This document shows positions 1 to 9,606 of a stretch of 44,571 bases of DNA, in pieces. This stretch comes from a virus (taxonomy: Duplodnaviria; Caudoviricetes), in the IMG/VR virus record IMGVR_UViG_3300045410_000061, positions 1 through 44,571 of that record; one strand, given 5' to 3'. A model generated the notes under the pieces. The model was given only the letters and a program-made list of their open reading frames with translations, was not told the origin of the DNA and did not search any database. The translations under genes were made by a program, and so were the position numbers. Each line of letters begins with the position of its first letter. Within the stretch, counting starts at the first letter, position 1.

Positions 1-2
1 AA

Positions 3-1415
3 TGGCAAGGTTCGGGCGAACGGGAGGCCCACAAGCGGAGCCGAGAGGACGGAGAAGTGCTGGTGTGGCTCGTGCCGGATGGCTGGAAGACTCGCCTGCG
101 ATTCATCGAGCCGGACCAACTGCGCGACCCGCAAAGCTTTGGCCGCGACTTAGAAGCGTGGCTCGGCGTGCAAGAGTCCTACGTTTCGTCGTGGTCATTC
201 GGCGTGCATACCAGGCGAGCCGTCCCGAGCGAACCGCTTGGCTACCATATCGCCTTCGATGCAGGCGGCAACGATTACGAGTACATTTCGACGGCGCGTA
301 TGGAGCACGTAAAACGCAACGTCCCGCGGAACGTCAAGCGTGGCGTGAGCGACTATTACCCGGTCCAACGTTGGCTGAACCACGCTGAGAAAGTGCTGGG
401 CAACACGTCGGCCGGCGCTGCGATCCAAGCGGCCGTTGCGTTCATTCGGCAGCACGCGCCCAGTACTACCAGCGGCCAGGCGTCGGGGATGGCAAGCAGC
501 TTGGCCTACAACCGCACGACCCAAAGCACGCCGCTGGGCAGCCGTATAAGAAACGCCCAGCAGTACGAAGCCGGAACGATCCTCGACATCAGTTATGGGA
601 TGGAGTACAAGCCCGGCCCGATGGGGAGCGAGCGTGCGCCGAACTTCATCAACGTAGTCCAAGCGGCGATGCGGATGGCCGGCATCCGCTGGGCGATTCC
701 CGAGTACATGCTGACCGGCGACGCCTCAAACGCGAACTACGCCAGCACGCTTGTGAGCGAGGCCCCATTCGTCAAGGCGCGGGAAGCGGACCAGCAGGAG
801 TACGTCAAGGCGTTCCGATCCATCGCGTGGAAGGCAGTTCGCATCGCTTACGAAGCCGGGTTGTTCGAGCAATTCGGACTTTCATGGGGCCAGTTAGAAG
901 CCATCGTCGACATCCAGGTTACGCCACCTGCCGTAGCAACACGCGATCCGCAGGCACGGGCAACGTCCAACGAAATTGAGATCCGGTCCGGCACGTTGTC
1001 GCGGCGGACGGCGATGATCGAAGCGGGCCGCGACCCTGACGCGGAAGCCGATCAAATGGCCGCGGAAGGCTGGGCTCCTGCGGGCGGGGCGATGCCGATG
1101 GGCGGCGAAGTCGCAGCGGCTGGCGGCGAGTACAGCCAAATGAGCCGCCTCCAACAGAAGCGGAATTTCTCCAGCGTGCTGGATGCGATGAAGCGATTCG
1201 CGTCTGGCGAGATTACGCGTGTCGTTGCGGCCGACTATCTGCGGAGTATCGGCAAGTCGCCGGAGTCCGTGGAAGAGCTGCTGAACGATGCGGCGGACGG
1301 GACGGTTGATAGCCCGGTGGAAGAAGCGACGATTACGGCCTCGGTCGCGGCGGCGCTGGAGAGCGTGACGACCACAGAAGAGGCGCGGGACGTGTTACAG
1401 GGGCTTAGCGGCTGA
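3..1415 (+). CDS. Phage portal protein (lambda-like family), 5' truncated
   Basis: Frame is open from the window edge. Contains the 'IPEYMLTGDASNANYAS' motif typical of lambda-type portals and is the first gene of the head module. Confidence 0.85.
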   Translation, partial: WQGSGEREAHKRSREDGEVLVWLVPDGWKTRLRFIEPDQLRDPQSFGRDLEAWLGVQESYVSSWSFGVHTRRAVPSEPLGYHIAFDAGGNDYEYISTARMEHVKRNVPRNVKRGVSDYYPVQRWLNHAEKVLGNTSAGAAIQAAVAFIRQHAPSTTSGQASGMASSLAYNRTTQSTPLGSRIRNAQQYEAGTILDISYGMEYKPGPMGSERAPNFINVVQAAMRMAGIRWAIPEYMLTGDASNANYASTLVSEAPFVKAREADQQEYVKAFRSIAWKAVRIAYEAGLFEQFGLSWGQLEAIVDIQVTPPAVATRDPQARATSNEIEIRSGTLSRRTAMIEAGRDPDAEADQMAAEGWAPAGGAMPMGGEVAAAGGEYSQMSRLQQKRNFSSVLDAMKRFASGEITRVVAADYLRSIGKSPESVEELLNDAADGTVDSPVEEATITASVAAALESVTTTEEARDVLQGLSG

Positions 1416-2071
1416 TGCAGATCACCGACCGTGACATCATCGAGAGGAGCTTCGCCCGCCGCTTTTCGCGGCTGTCGTCGCGGCACCGCCGCGAGCTGCT
1501 GGAACTGGTAGGCGATCCGCCTGACGCATCGCGCGTGCCGGAATCGTTCTGGGTGCGCGTGGAGGAAGAGACTCAGAAAGAGTTGGCGATCATCTTGTTC
1601 CTGATCTGGATGCAGTCGGCGCAAGAGCACGGGCTGGACTTCGACAGGGCGGAAAAGTTTGGCGAGAGGTACGCCGAACGCCGCGCCGCCAAAGTCGCCG
1701 GAGGCTATACGGACCATTCGCGCGACCTGCTGAAGACGACGGCGAAACAGTGGGAGGCCGGAGAGGTCACGTTGACTCGCGGGACGCTGAAGATCTTCGG
1801 GCCGCGCCGGGCGGCGGGGATTGCGGTGAACGAGACGACTACGGCACAGACGGATGGCGGCGAGATTGGCATCGACAAGACGGTTGGGATCTCGGTACAC
1901 GACACCTGGTACACGCGTGCCGATGGCAGGGTCTGTCCCGTGTGCAAACCGCTACACGATACGCCGCGTGGAACGTGGGGACGGCTGTTCCCCGATGGGC
2001 CGCCAGCGCACACTCGCTGTAGATGTTGGATCCGCTACTCCAACCGTAAACGACGTGTCGAGATACCATAG
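1415..2071 (+). CDS. Head morphogenesis / minor head protein (Mu gpF / SPP1 gp7-like)
   Basis: Follows the portal with a TGATG overlap. C-terminal 'VCPVCKPLH...PPAHTRCRC' motif. Confidence 0.8.
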   Translation: MQITDRDIIERSFARRFSRLSSRHRRELLELVGDPPDASRVPESFWVRVEEETQKELAIILFLIWMQSAQEHGLDFDRAEKFGERYAERRAAKVAGGYTDHSRDLLKTTAKQWEAGEVTLTRGTLKIFGPRRAAGIAVNETTTAQTDGGEIGIDKTVGISVHDTWYTRADGRVCPVCKPLHDTPRGTWGRLFPDGPPAHTRCRCWIRYSNRKRRVEIP

Positions 2072-2081
2072 GAGCCGACTC

Positions 2082-2249
2082 TTGATCGTGGCTGAAAAGG
2101 ATCGCCCAAAACGTCAACGGCTGGGAAAGACAATCGTGGTCTGCCCACGCTGCGGCGAGTTATGCCAACACGTCGGCACGCGTCCGCGAATCGCGTGGTA
2201 TAAGTGCCCGGAGTGTGGAATGCGCAAGAAAGTTCCCCGGCCAACCTAA
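2082..2249 (+). CDS. Small zinc-ribbon protein, possibly an Ogr/Delta-like late activator
   Basis: AGGAG RBS at 2070, TTG or GTG start, CPRC...CPEC Cys pairs, basic composition. Confidence 0.55.
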   Translation: MIVAEKDRPKRQRLGKTIVVCPRCGELCQHVGTRPRIAWYKCPECGMRKKVPRPT

Positions 2250-2257
2250 CACAAATA

Positions 2258-2319
2258 TACCGATTATCGGTACTTTCATTCTTTTATCGGTTCAAACATT
2301 CGCTAGTATTTATTTGAAC
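2258..2319 (+). promoter_or_regulatory. AT-rich putative late promoter with operator palindrome
   Basis: Perfect TACCGAT-T-ATCGGTA (2258-2272), inverted repeat GTTCAAA/TTTGAAC (2290-2319), and -10-like TAGTAT at 2304. Confidence 0.5.
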
Positions 2320-2411
2320 AACCTAACGGGGGCCGTCGAATAACTCGACGACCCGCGAGGGCAAAGCCGGATTGATCCCCGGTTAGATGCCTGAAACGTC
2401 GCTGCCTTTCA

Positions 2412-2450
2412 GGGGCCGCACGAGATAGCTCGTCGGCCCCTTTTTCTTTT
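2412..2450 (+). terminator. Intrinsic terminator or attenuator hairpin in the leader of the capsid genes
   Basis: GGGGCCG-C-ACGAG...CTCGT-CGGCCCC stem followed by TTTTTCTTTT. Confidence 0.6.
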
Positions 2451-2461
2451 GGCAGCGACCG

Positions 2462-3640
2462 ATGCCAGCGACCAAACGCAAGCCGAAAACGACATTGCTC
2501 TTGGAGACTACGTTTTCCGAGTCGGTAGCCGTCGACCGCGAAGCTGGCGTCATCCGCGGCGTGAAGATCCTTGGCAAAGACAGCCGAAACGGCCGCACGT
2601 ATACCGGGACGGCGATTGCCGAAGCGGCGCGGCTCTATGAAGGCAGCAAGGTCAATGTAGACCACCCGCCGATAGACAACCCCGACGCCGAACGGTCCTT
2701 CGTGGACGGCTTCGGCGTGCTGCGCGGAGTCACGATTCGCGAAGGCGACGTGTTCGGGGATCTGCACTACCTCAAGAGCCATCCCCGCGCAGAGATGGTA
2801 GCCGAAGCCGCGGAGCGTTTCCCGCATAGTTTTGGCCTCTCGCACAACGCTGATGGCAAGACTCGCTCTGAGCGTGGCCGCACCATCGTGGAATCGGTGG
2901 TCAAGGTCCGCAGCGTTGACATCGTAGGCAAGCCGGCGACGAACAACGGCATTTTTGAATCGGAGCAACCCGTGCAAAAGACCGTCAAAGCAATCCTCGA
3001 AGCCGCCTACAAGAGCGACAAGAAGCGTCTGGCCCTCTTGCTCGAAATGGCCGGTGAGATGGGCGAAACGATGATGGACGCGCCAGTTGAGATGGACGCT
3101 TCCATGTCCGCCGAAGAACAGATGAAGGCTGCCTTCCGCCAAATGGTGCTGGCCGCCTTCGACGACGAGACGCTGGATTCCACGGCGACCATCGCCCGCA
3201 TCAAAGAGATCCTGGCCGCCCAGGAAAAGCTCATGGGCGGCGGCGCAGCGGCTGCCGAAGAACCGACTGAAGACGATGCCGAGCCGACCGAAGAGAGCCA
3301 ACGCAGCAAGTCCAAAGTCGACCCGACGCTCAAGAAGCTCCAAGAGTCGGTCACCGAAATGCGCCGCGAGCGCGACGAGTTGAAGCGCGAGCGCGACGAG
3401 GCCCGCATGGAAGGCGCTATCCGCTCGCTGCTGGAGTCGATGGATCGCGAACCCACCGAGATTCGTGTAGCCGCGTTGTCCGCCGTGCCGGACAAGCAGC
3501 GCAAAGCATTGGTGGAGAGTTGGCCGAAGCGCGGCGCTGTGGTTGCCAAGCCGCAACGCACCGTACCTCTGGCCGAGTCAGAGATTCCCGGCGGCTACAA
3601 GCCGCTGCCCATCGACGAATGGGTCACCGCCATTAGCTGA
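2462..3640 (+). CDS. Prohead protease / scaffold fusion
   Basis: N-terminal domain 'VNVDHP...GLSHNA...SVDIVGKPATNNG', acidic coiled-coil C-terminus, position upstream of the capsid gene. Confidence 0.75.
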   Translation: MPATKRKPKTTLLLETTFSESVAVDREAGVIRGVKILGKDSRNGRTYTGTAIAEAARLYEGSKVNVDHPPIDNPDAERSFVDGFGVLRGVTIREGDVFGDLHYLKSHPRAEMVAEAAERFPHSFGLSHNADGKTRSERGRTIVESVVKVRSVDIVGKPATNNGIFESEQPVQKTVKAILEAAYKSDKKRLALLLEMAGEMGETMMDAPVEMDASMSAEEQMKAAFRQMVLAAFDDETLDSTATIARIKEILAAQEKLMGGGAAAAEEPTEDDAEPTEESQRSKSKVDPTLKKLQESVTEMRRERDELKRERDEARMEGAIRSLLESMDREPTEIRVAALSAVPDKQRKALVESWPKRGAVVAKPQRTVPLAESEIPGGYKPLPIDEWVTAIS

Positions 3641-3670
3641 GTCACCAACCCCTGACATAAGGGCCAAGCC

Positions 3671-4393
3671 ATGTCCGTCTCGTTAATGCCCAAGCCGCTG
3701 CCGCTGAAAGATCGCGACTACTTCGGCATCTGGGACGATTTCTACTGGTTCATTTCTCCGCACGAGTGGACCAAGACCGTAACCGATGTGGCCGGCGGTG
3801 CCGGCATTGTCCCAGCCGACGGCGCCGGCGGACTGCTGACTGTCGGCACCGAAGACTCCACGGATGAAGACGAGGTGTTGCTGGAGTCGACGCAGGAAAT
3901 CTTCCTGTTCGCCGCCAACAAGCCCATCGTCTACGAGACGCGGGCCAAACACGTCGAAGTCAACACCGACGACGCCAATATCTTCTACGGCTTGATGAAT
4001 GCGGCCGGCGCGGATGCGATGGTCGACGCTGGTGGAGGTCCGAAATCCTCGTTCAGTGGATTCGGCTTTTACAAGGTCGATGGCGGCACGCGGTGGCAAG
4101 CCATCGCCTCGGTCGGCACGGGCCGCACGACGGTAGACCTGACGGCGGCCCTCTCCATCAACGGCGTGGCGCAGACGGTCGATACGTCGTTCCACGTCTT
4201 CCGCATCGAGTTCATGCCGTACAACTCGACCAACGCCAAAGTGGATTTCTTCATCGACGAGGCGCATGTCGCCTCCATCGATTTGGTCTACACCTCGGCC
4301 ACGGAAATGCAAGTCGTCGCCGTCGTCAAGAACGGCGGCGCGAACCCAGAGGTTGCGACGATCGACTACATCGGTTGTTTCCAGAAGCGCTAA
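3671..4393 (+). CDS. Putative capsid decoration / minor capsid protein (beta-rich)
   Basis: Lies between scaffold and major capsid genes; beta-strand-rich composition. Confidence 0.5.
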   Translation: MSVSLMPKPLPLKDRDYFGIWDDFYWFISPHEWTKTVTDVAGGAGIVPADGAGGLLTVGTEDSTDEDEVLLESTQEIFLFAANKPIVYETRAKHVEVNTDDANIFYGLMNAAGADAMVDAGGGPKSSFSGFGFYKVDGGTRWQAIASVGTGRTTVDLTAALSINGVAQTVDTSFHVFRIEFMPYNSTNAKVDFFIDEAHVASIDLVYTSATEMQVVAVVKNGGANPEVATIDYIGCFQKR

Positions 4394-4449
4394 CGAACAC
4401 CGGGCGAAGCTCGCCATACGCGAGCGACCCTCAGTAAGGAGCTTGCTCC

Positions 4450-5640
4450 GTGAATTACACCGCCTTTCGCCGTCGCTATCTGGCGGCCGATGCCGACGTG
4501 CAGAGCGCTGCGCAGCGCGGTGAGCACGGCCACAATCGCGAGCTAGTGTCGCTGACCGAAGCCCTCCGTTCCGGCAAAATGCGGCCGCACGACTTCTCCC
4601 TTCAGCAACTCTTCGACGAGTTTGTCGGCGAGAGCGTCCGCAAGACCTTCAATCCGCGCTTCAACGGACACGGCTCCGCGCCCCTGTCGCCCCTGTTGGA
4701 AGACGTGTCGGCCGTCAGCACCACGCACTTCAGCAACATCACCGGGCAGATCGTCTATTCGACCGTCCTGGAGGCATGGAACAATCCCATGCTGATTGGC
4801 GGAGACCTCTGCACCACGATCCCGACCGTATTCGACGGCGAGAAAATCGCAGGCATCGGCGGCATCGGAGACCAGGCCGAATCGATTGGCGAAGGCCAGA
4901 ACTATCCGTTCGCCGGACTGTCGGAGGAATGGATCGAAACTCCGTCGACCATCAAGCGCGGCATGATTGTGCCGGTCACCAAGGAAGCCATCTTCTTCGA
5001 CCGCACGGGGCTGGTGTTGTCCCGCGCCGGCGAAGTCGGCATGTACATCGCGCTCAACAAAGAGAAGCGCATCCTCGACATGGCGTTGGGCCTGACGACC
5101 AGCTACCGCCGCAACGGTGGCGCGGCGCAAGCCACCTACGGAGACACCCACACGCAGGGCGACTTCGACAACCTGGCAGCCTCAAATGCCCTGGCCGATT
5201 ACACGGATATTGAAAACGCTTTACTGTTGTTCGACGCCATGACGGACCCGAACACTGGCGAGCCGATCATCGTCGATGCCAATACCATCGTGGTGCCAAC
5301 CGCGCTGTCGATGACGTTGGACCGCATCTTGAACGCCACGCAAGTCGGCAACACGGCCAGCGCGAATACGCCGGTTGGTGCAAATCCGCTCCGCGGCAAC
5401 CAGTTCCAAAAGAAGTCCAACGCCTACGTCAAGGCCCGTACCTCGTCGGCGTCAACCTGGTTCGTCGGCGACTTCAAGGGGGCGTTCGTCTACATGGAGA
5501 ACTGGCCGATCACGGTCACCCAAGCGCCGCCGAATTCGCACGATGAATTTCATCGCGACATTGTCTCGCAGTTCAAAGTTTCTGAGAGGGGCGCTGCCGC
5601 GGTGCGGGAGCCGCGAAGGGTCGTGAAAAACACTGCGTGA
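4450..5640 (+). CDS. Major capsid protein (HK97 fold, Mu gpT-like)
   Basis: AAGGAG RBS with GTG start, 396 aa, 'IGEGQNYP...KRGMIVPVTKEAIFFD' and 'IVVPTAL' motifs, expected synteny. Confidence 0.85.
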   Translation: MNYTAFRRRYLAADADVQSAAQRGEHGHNRELVSLTEALRSGKMRPHDFSLQQLFDEFVGESVRKTFNPRFNGHGSAPLSPLLEDVSAVSTTHFSNITGQIVYSTVLEAWNNPMLIGGDLCTTIPTVFDGEKIAGIGGIGDQAESIGEGQNYPFAGLSEEWIETPSTIKRGMIVPVTKEAIFFDRTGLVLSRAGEVGMYIALNKEKRILDMALGLTTSYRRNGGAAQATYGDTHTQGDFDNLAASNALADYTDIENALLLFDAMTDPNTGEPIIVDANTIVVPTALSMTLDRILNATQVGNTASANTPVGANPLRGNQFQKKSNAYVKARTSSASTWFVGDFKGAFVYMENWPITVTQAPPNSHDEFHRDIVSQFKVSERGAAAVREPRRVVKNTA

Positions 5641-5677
5641 TGTGGAAATGATGAGCAGGAACCATAAGAGGAAGCCA

Positions 5678-6226
5678 ATGTCCGAAGGTATGCAGCGGCA
5701 GATTCCACACGAGATGGAAGCCCGCATCAAGCAGCTTGAGGCCGAACGCGACGCGGCCATTGCCGATCGCGATACGGCGGTGTCCCGCGCCGATACCGCG
5801 CAAGCGCGCGTAGGCGCGCTGGAGTCGGAAGGCTCCGACCGCCACTACGCCGGCGACAAGCCCGTACTGTCGGCCACGCGGAACAAGCCGACGTGGCCTT
5901 TTCTCGTGCATTGCGTCGGCATCCCAAAAAACGTGCCTGGCAAGCCGCTGCACCCCGACGTGCCGGACGAAGTGATTCACGCCGTCGATGAGTCGGAAGC
6001 TATCCGGCAGTTCTGCCTGATGCGCAAGGACGACCAGGGGCGACAACTCGACGTGACGCGGTACGCCTTCATCGTGACGTGCCAGAAGGAAAAGGCGCGG
6101 CATCAGTTGACGATCAACCGCCTGAACAACCGCCGCCTGGTCAACGCCGGCAAGCTTCGCGTGCTAGACCGCGAGCAGGAGTTGCGCGTTCCGGAAAAGA
6201 ACCTGGCTGAAATGGCCATCTCTTAA
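5678..6226 (+). CDS. Hypothetical phage protein (head module)
   Basis: AGAGGA RBS, N-terminal coiled coil, in the operon. Confidence 0.55.
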   Translation: MSEGMQRQIPHEMEARIKQLEAERDAAIADRDTAVSRADTAQARVGALESEGSDRHYAGDKPVLSATRNKPTWPFLVHCVGIPKNVPGKPLHPDVPDEVIHAVDESEAIRQFCLMRKDDQGRQLDVTRYAFIVTCQKEKARHQLTINRLNNRRLVNAGKLRVLDREQELRVPEKNLAEMAIS

Positions 6227-6277
6227 CGAAGGTGCATATCCAGCGGTTGCCTCTCAGCTCAATTGGCCGAGGATCCC

Positions 6278-7783
6278 ATGAACCACTTGCCACCGGCTCC
6301 CGCCTTTGCGCTGCTCGGCCCGACCGATTCACTCACAGTTGAGCTGTCGGGCGCGGCTGCAACGGTCGAGCCCACGTATGCAGTCCTGATCGAAAACTCG
6401 CACGCCGTCGGCGAGACGACCGGGGCCACGCCAGTCACGATTGTAGCGGCCCCGAATAGCGGGCTGCTTCCGGTGCAACACGTATCGGTTTTCAACGGCG
6501 ACACTGCGGAGGTGACGGTCACCGTCAAGAAAGACGTTAGCGGCACGGGCTACACGCTGGCCAAGATTACCTTGGCGGCCGGTGACTTGCTGTGGCTGGA
6601 TGGCTCTGGCGTGCAGACAGTCAATACCGCCGGCAACGAGCCTACTGCGGATAGCTTCGCCTATGGCGACGCCGTGGACTTGGGCTTCGGCGATTCGACG
6701 GACGCAATTTTCCGTTGGTCGACGGGCGACGCCTCCGACCATTCGTTGGTCGTCGGCTTGGGTGATACGAGCCAGATGCTCCACATCACCGACAAGGCTG
6801 CCATCGCAACGGACTTTGCGATTACCAGTCCCACGCATCCGACGCTTTACGTCCACAGCAACACGACGCCGATCACCGACTATCTATTGATCGGAGGCCA
6901 CGACGGCACGGTAGCGACTATCGATGTCGTTGGCGGCACGACGCTTTATGTCAAGGCGGCCGGCAATGAGATTGCCGACTTCGTACAGACGGCCAGCGCA
7001 GTCAATGGGCTCAAGTTCCTGTCCAATTCGACCGGCGCGGCTCCGGTCATCGGCAGCAATGGCAACGGCGCGGAAGCGGACATCGGCTTGAATTTGGTGG
7101 ACTCCAACGGCAATGAGCTATTGGAATTCGTCGCAGTTGCTTCGGCTACCAACGGTCTGAAAGTCACGAACGCCACCACCGGTAATCCAGTCCGCATCGG
7201 CGCGAACGGAACAGGCGCTACGGCAAATCGTGGCATCCGTATCGACGACTCGAACGGGAACGAGTTGGCGGTTCTGGTTTCCACTGCGTCGGCGGTCAAT
7301 GAAGTCACGATCACGAATCAGGCGGCAGGCAGCGATCCGTCGATTTCGGCTACCGGCGGCGACACCGACATCAATCTGGGGCTGGCCGCCAAGGGCGCAG
7401 GCTTCGTTGCGGCAAGTAGTCCGGTACAAGTCCGCAGCAGTACGGCCGTCACGGCCACTACTGGCGGCGGTACGACGGGATTGATCCCTGCCGGTGCTGC
7501 GCTGGTAGTCGTTACTTCCGACGATGCCGACAAGCAGATCTCGTTGCCGGCCGCCACGGTCGGAGATCGCATTCGGATCCTCGTGGGGGCTACCGGCTGC
7601 GAACTGATTAGCGCCGTGGCGACCCACAAGGTGAACGACGTAACCGTTGGCGCGACGAACGAAGCGGCGTTGACTGCCGAGAACCTGTACGACTGCCAAT
7701 ACGTGGCCACCGATACGTGGGTTGTCATCGGTTACACGAAGCTTGGGGCCGTGCAAGCGGCGTTAGTACCGGATGCGCTGTAA
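6278..7783 (+). CDS. Putative head fibre / virion structural protein with internal repeats
   Basis: Gly/Ala/Thr-rich, with three '(D)SNGNEL....ASAVN' type repeats. Confidence 0.55.
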   Translation: MNHLPPAPAFALLGPTDSLTVELSGAAATVEPTYAVLIENSHAVGETTGATPVTIVAAPNSGLLPVQHVSVFNGDTAEVTVTVKKDVSGTGYTLAKITLAAGDLLWLDGSGVQTVNTAGNEPTADSFAYGDAVDLGFGDSTDAIFRWSTGDASDHSLVVGLGDTSQMLHITDKAAIATDFAITSPTHPTLYVHSNTTPITDYLLIGGHDGTVATIDVVGGTTLYVKAAGNEIADFVQTASAVNGLKFLSNSTGAAPVIGSNGNGAEADIGLNLVDSNGNELLEFVAVASATNGLKVTNATTGNPVRIGANGTGATANRGIRIDDSNGNELAVLVSTASAVNEVTITNQAAGSDPSISATGGDTDINLGLAAKGAGFVAASSPVQVRSSTAVTATTGGGTTGLIPAGAALVVVTSDDADKQISLPAATVGDRIRILVGATGCELISAVATHKVNDVTVGATNEAALTAENLYDCQYVATDTWVVIGYTKLGAVQAALVPDAL

Positions 7784-8004
7784 TGCCGACTGCCGCCGAA
7801 CAAATCGCCACGATCCATGCCCAGACGTTGCAGATCATGGTGGACATCACCGCGAGCCCGAAGCCCAGTTATTCCGTGGGAGGCCGCAGCTTTTCTCATG
7901 CCGAGTATCTCGCCCACTTGCGCGAGACCGTCAAGTGGTGCGAGGAGAGATTAGACGGCTCCGCAAACGCACCATTTGAACACTCCTCAGTCGGCATCAC
8001 TTGA
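7783..8004 (+). CDS. Head-tail adaptor (gpW-like)
   Basis: TAATG overlap, 'KPSYSVGGRSFSHAEYL' motif, small size, synteny. Confidence 0.6.
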   Translation: MPTAAEQIATIHAQTLQIMVDITASPKPSYSVGGRSFSHAEYLAHLRETVKWCEERLDGSANAPFEHSSVGIT

Positions 8005-8324
8005 TGGCCTATATCGTAGACATCGACAGCGACCTGGATTACGTGGACGGCATCGCGACGGTGACGCTGCACCCGCGCAATCCGCAGTCCAGCGACATCC
8101 CCAACGTCGATGCCGTGCGGGACGTGCTGACGCGGCGAGAGTTATCCATCGTCAGTGATATTGCCGACCCGAGCCAAGCAGTGGCTTTCGAGATCCAGGG
8201 GACAAACGAGCCGTATCAAGGCTGGCACGTGACGGAAGCGGATGGAACGAAGTGGACCGTGTTGTCGGTCGACAAACTGCCGCTATCCGCCGGCCATCGG
8301 CTCGTGTGCGTGAAACAGAAATAG
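8004..8324 (+). CDS. Head closure / stopper protein (FII-like)
   Basis: TGATG overlap, about 106 aa, beta-rich with 'DGTKWTVLSV', synteny. Confidence 0.55.
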   Translation: MAYIVDIDSDLDYVDGIATVTLHPRNPQSSDIPNVDAVRDVLTRRELSIVSDIADPSQAVAFEIQGTNEPYQGWHVTEADGTKWTVLSVDKLPLSAGHRLVCVKQK

Positions 8325-8325
8325 C

Positions 8326-8820
8326 ATGCCGTCGATCCATCAAGGTATCGCGACCGCCGTCCAGACCCGCTTGCGGGCGTTGGTTGACGGCGGCACGTAC
8401 CTCCAAGGGATCGACAAAGATTCCATCCGCGTGCGGAAGATCCCGAGCGCCCAAGGCTTCGCCAGCGATTCTAGTGGGCAGTACCAATATCCGGGTGTCA
8501 TCATCTCGCGGCTGGGACGGAGCTACCCGCCGTTCGGCAGCGCAACGGTGGACGCTCAATATGAGATCGTCATTGCTTTGTTCGACGCGGACAACCAGCA
8601 AGTCGAAGACGACCAAGCGGACAATTTTGCCGAGTGGATCGAAGAAATCGAAATGGAATTCATCGACGCGGCTTTGACGTCCGCGGATCCGGCAATCGAG
8701 TGCTACACGTGCGAAGTCAACGCGGCGCGGGCACTGAGTTTTTCGCAGTGGCTGAACAACCTGGCGGTGATTAGCACAGTGCTGGTTTTTCACACAGACA
8801 AGGCGACTGGCAACGCATGA
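8326..8820 (+). CDS. Tail terminator / completion protein
   Basis: Acidic 164-aa protein with 'YPGVII' motif, synteny. Confidence 0.5.
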   Translation: MPSIHQGIATAVQTRLRALVDGGTYLQGIDKDSIRVRKIPSAQGFASDSSGQYQYPGVIISRLGRSYPPFGSATVDAQYEIVIALFDADNQQVEDDQADNFAEWIEEIEMEFIDAALTSADPAIECYTCEVNAARALSFSQWLNNLAVISTVLVFHTDKATGNA

Positions 8821-9281
8821 AACGCGACGCCGTAATCGAGATCCCGATAGAAGAGTTCGGCGCAGAGATGCGTTTCGTGCTCGGCGTGCTGACCACGGGT
8901 GAGGCGTTCACGCGCGATACCACGGTACTGATGCGCAAAGGCTTCTCGGACAATTTTACCCGACAAGGGACCGATGAAGCGCCTTGGCCGCCGCGCCGCC
9001 GGAGAACACGCGGCCGCAGCGGCAACCCCAACCGCCCGTTGTTGATCGACCTGGGCGACCTGTACGAAGGCGTGGCGGAGACCGGACGGGGGCACGTGGA
9101 CAAGCTGGCTCCGCGGGACGTCGGCAGCGGCGTAGATCCCTACGCGTTCGAGCGGCCCTACCCGCTGTTTCTGCAAGAGGGCACGCAGTTCATGGAACCG
9201 CGGCCGTTCATTGCGCTGGGCGAAGAACGCTTGACGGAAATCGATGGCCAAGTAGCCGACACCGTGTTGGCGCAACTGTAG
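8817..9281 (+). CDS. Virion morphogenesis protein (Mu gpG / P2 gpS-like)
   Basis: 'PWPPR...LLIDLGDL...LQEGTQFMEPRPFI' motif. Confidence 0.7.
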   Translation: MKRDAVIEIPIEEFGAEMRFVLGVLTTGEAFTRDTTVLMRKGFSDNFTRQGTDEAPWPPRRRRTRGRSGNPNRPLLIDLGDLYEGVAETGRGHVDKLAPRDVGSGVDPYAFERPYPLFLQEGTQFMEPRPFIALGEERLTEIDGQVADTVLAQL

Positions 9282-9288
9282 GTGAGAT

Positions 9289-9603
9289 ATGCCGAGTTTT
9301 CGCGTGAGTTACCAGGGCCGGAAAGAAACCGTTGAAGTCGTCGCGCCGGCGATTGGCGACGACCTGGCCAAGCAAGTCAGGGCGCACCTGGCGATGGAAG
9401 AGGATTCGCCGGTGTCGATCTTCGAGTGCCTGCTGGCCGGCGACCAGGCCGCAGCGAATGGCGACGTACTGCTGGGTACTCGGCTTCGCGGCCCGTTCAA
9501 CGCGGCGAAGGAACTGGCTTGGGATGCGTTCAAGATCGCTACGGGCTTGCGGCGCGACTTAGCGAATGAGGCGGCCCCGCCGAAGATCGAACCGGAGGTA
9601 TAA
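9289..9603 (+). CDS. Hypothetical protein
   Basis: AGGTGA RBS; fills the gap between neck and tail tube genes. Confidence 0.55.
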   Translation: MPSFRVSYQGRKETVEVVAPAIGDDLAKQVRAHLAMEEDSPVSIFECLLAGDQAAANGDVLLGTRLRGPFNAAKELAWDAFKIATGLRRDLANEAAPPKIEPEV

Positions 9604-9606
9604 GCG

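Noticed and set aside
2355-2400. c-di-GMP-I riboswitch (GGGCAAAGCCGG)
   Set aside because: No GNRA-capped P2 and no GACGCAAAGC junction; kept only as an unassigned leader.
2303-3556. Long minus-strand ORFs (this one, 11456-12556, 15413-16459, 27132-28460, 32973-34076)
   Set aside because: Antisense shadows of well-supported plus-strand genes in GC-rich DNA, with no motifs or RBS.
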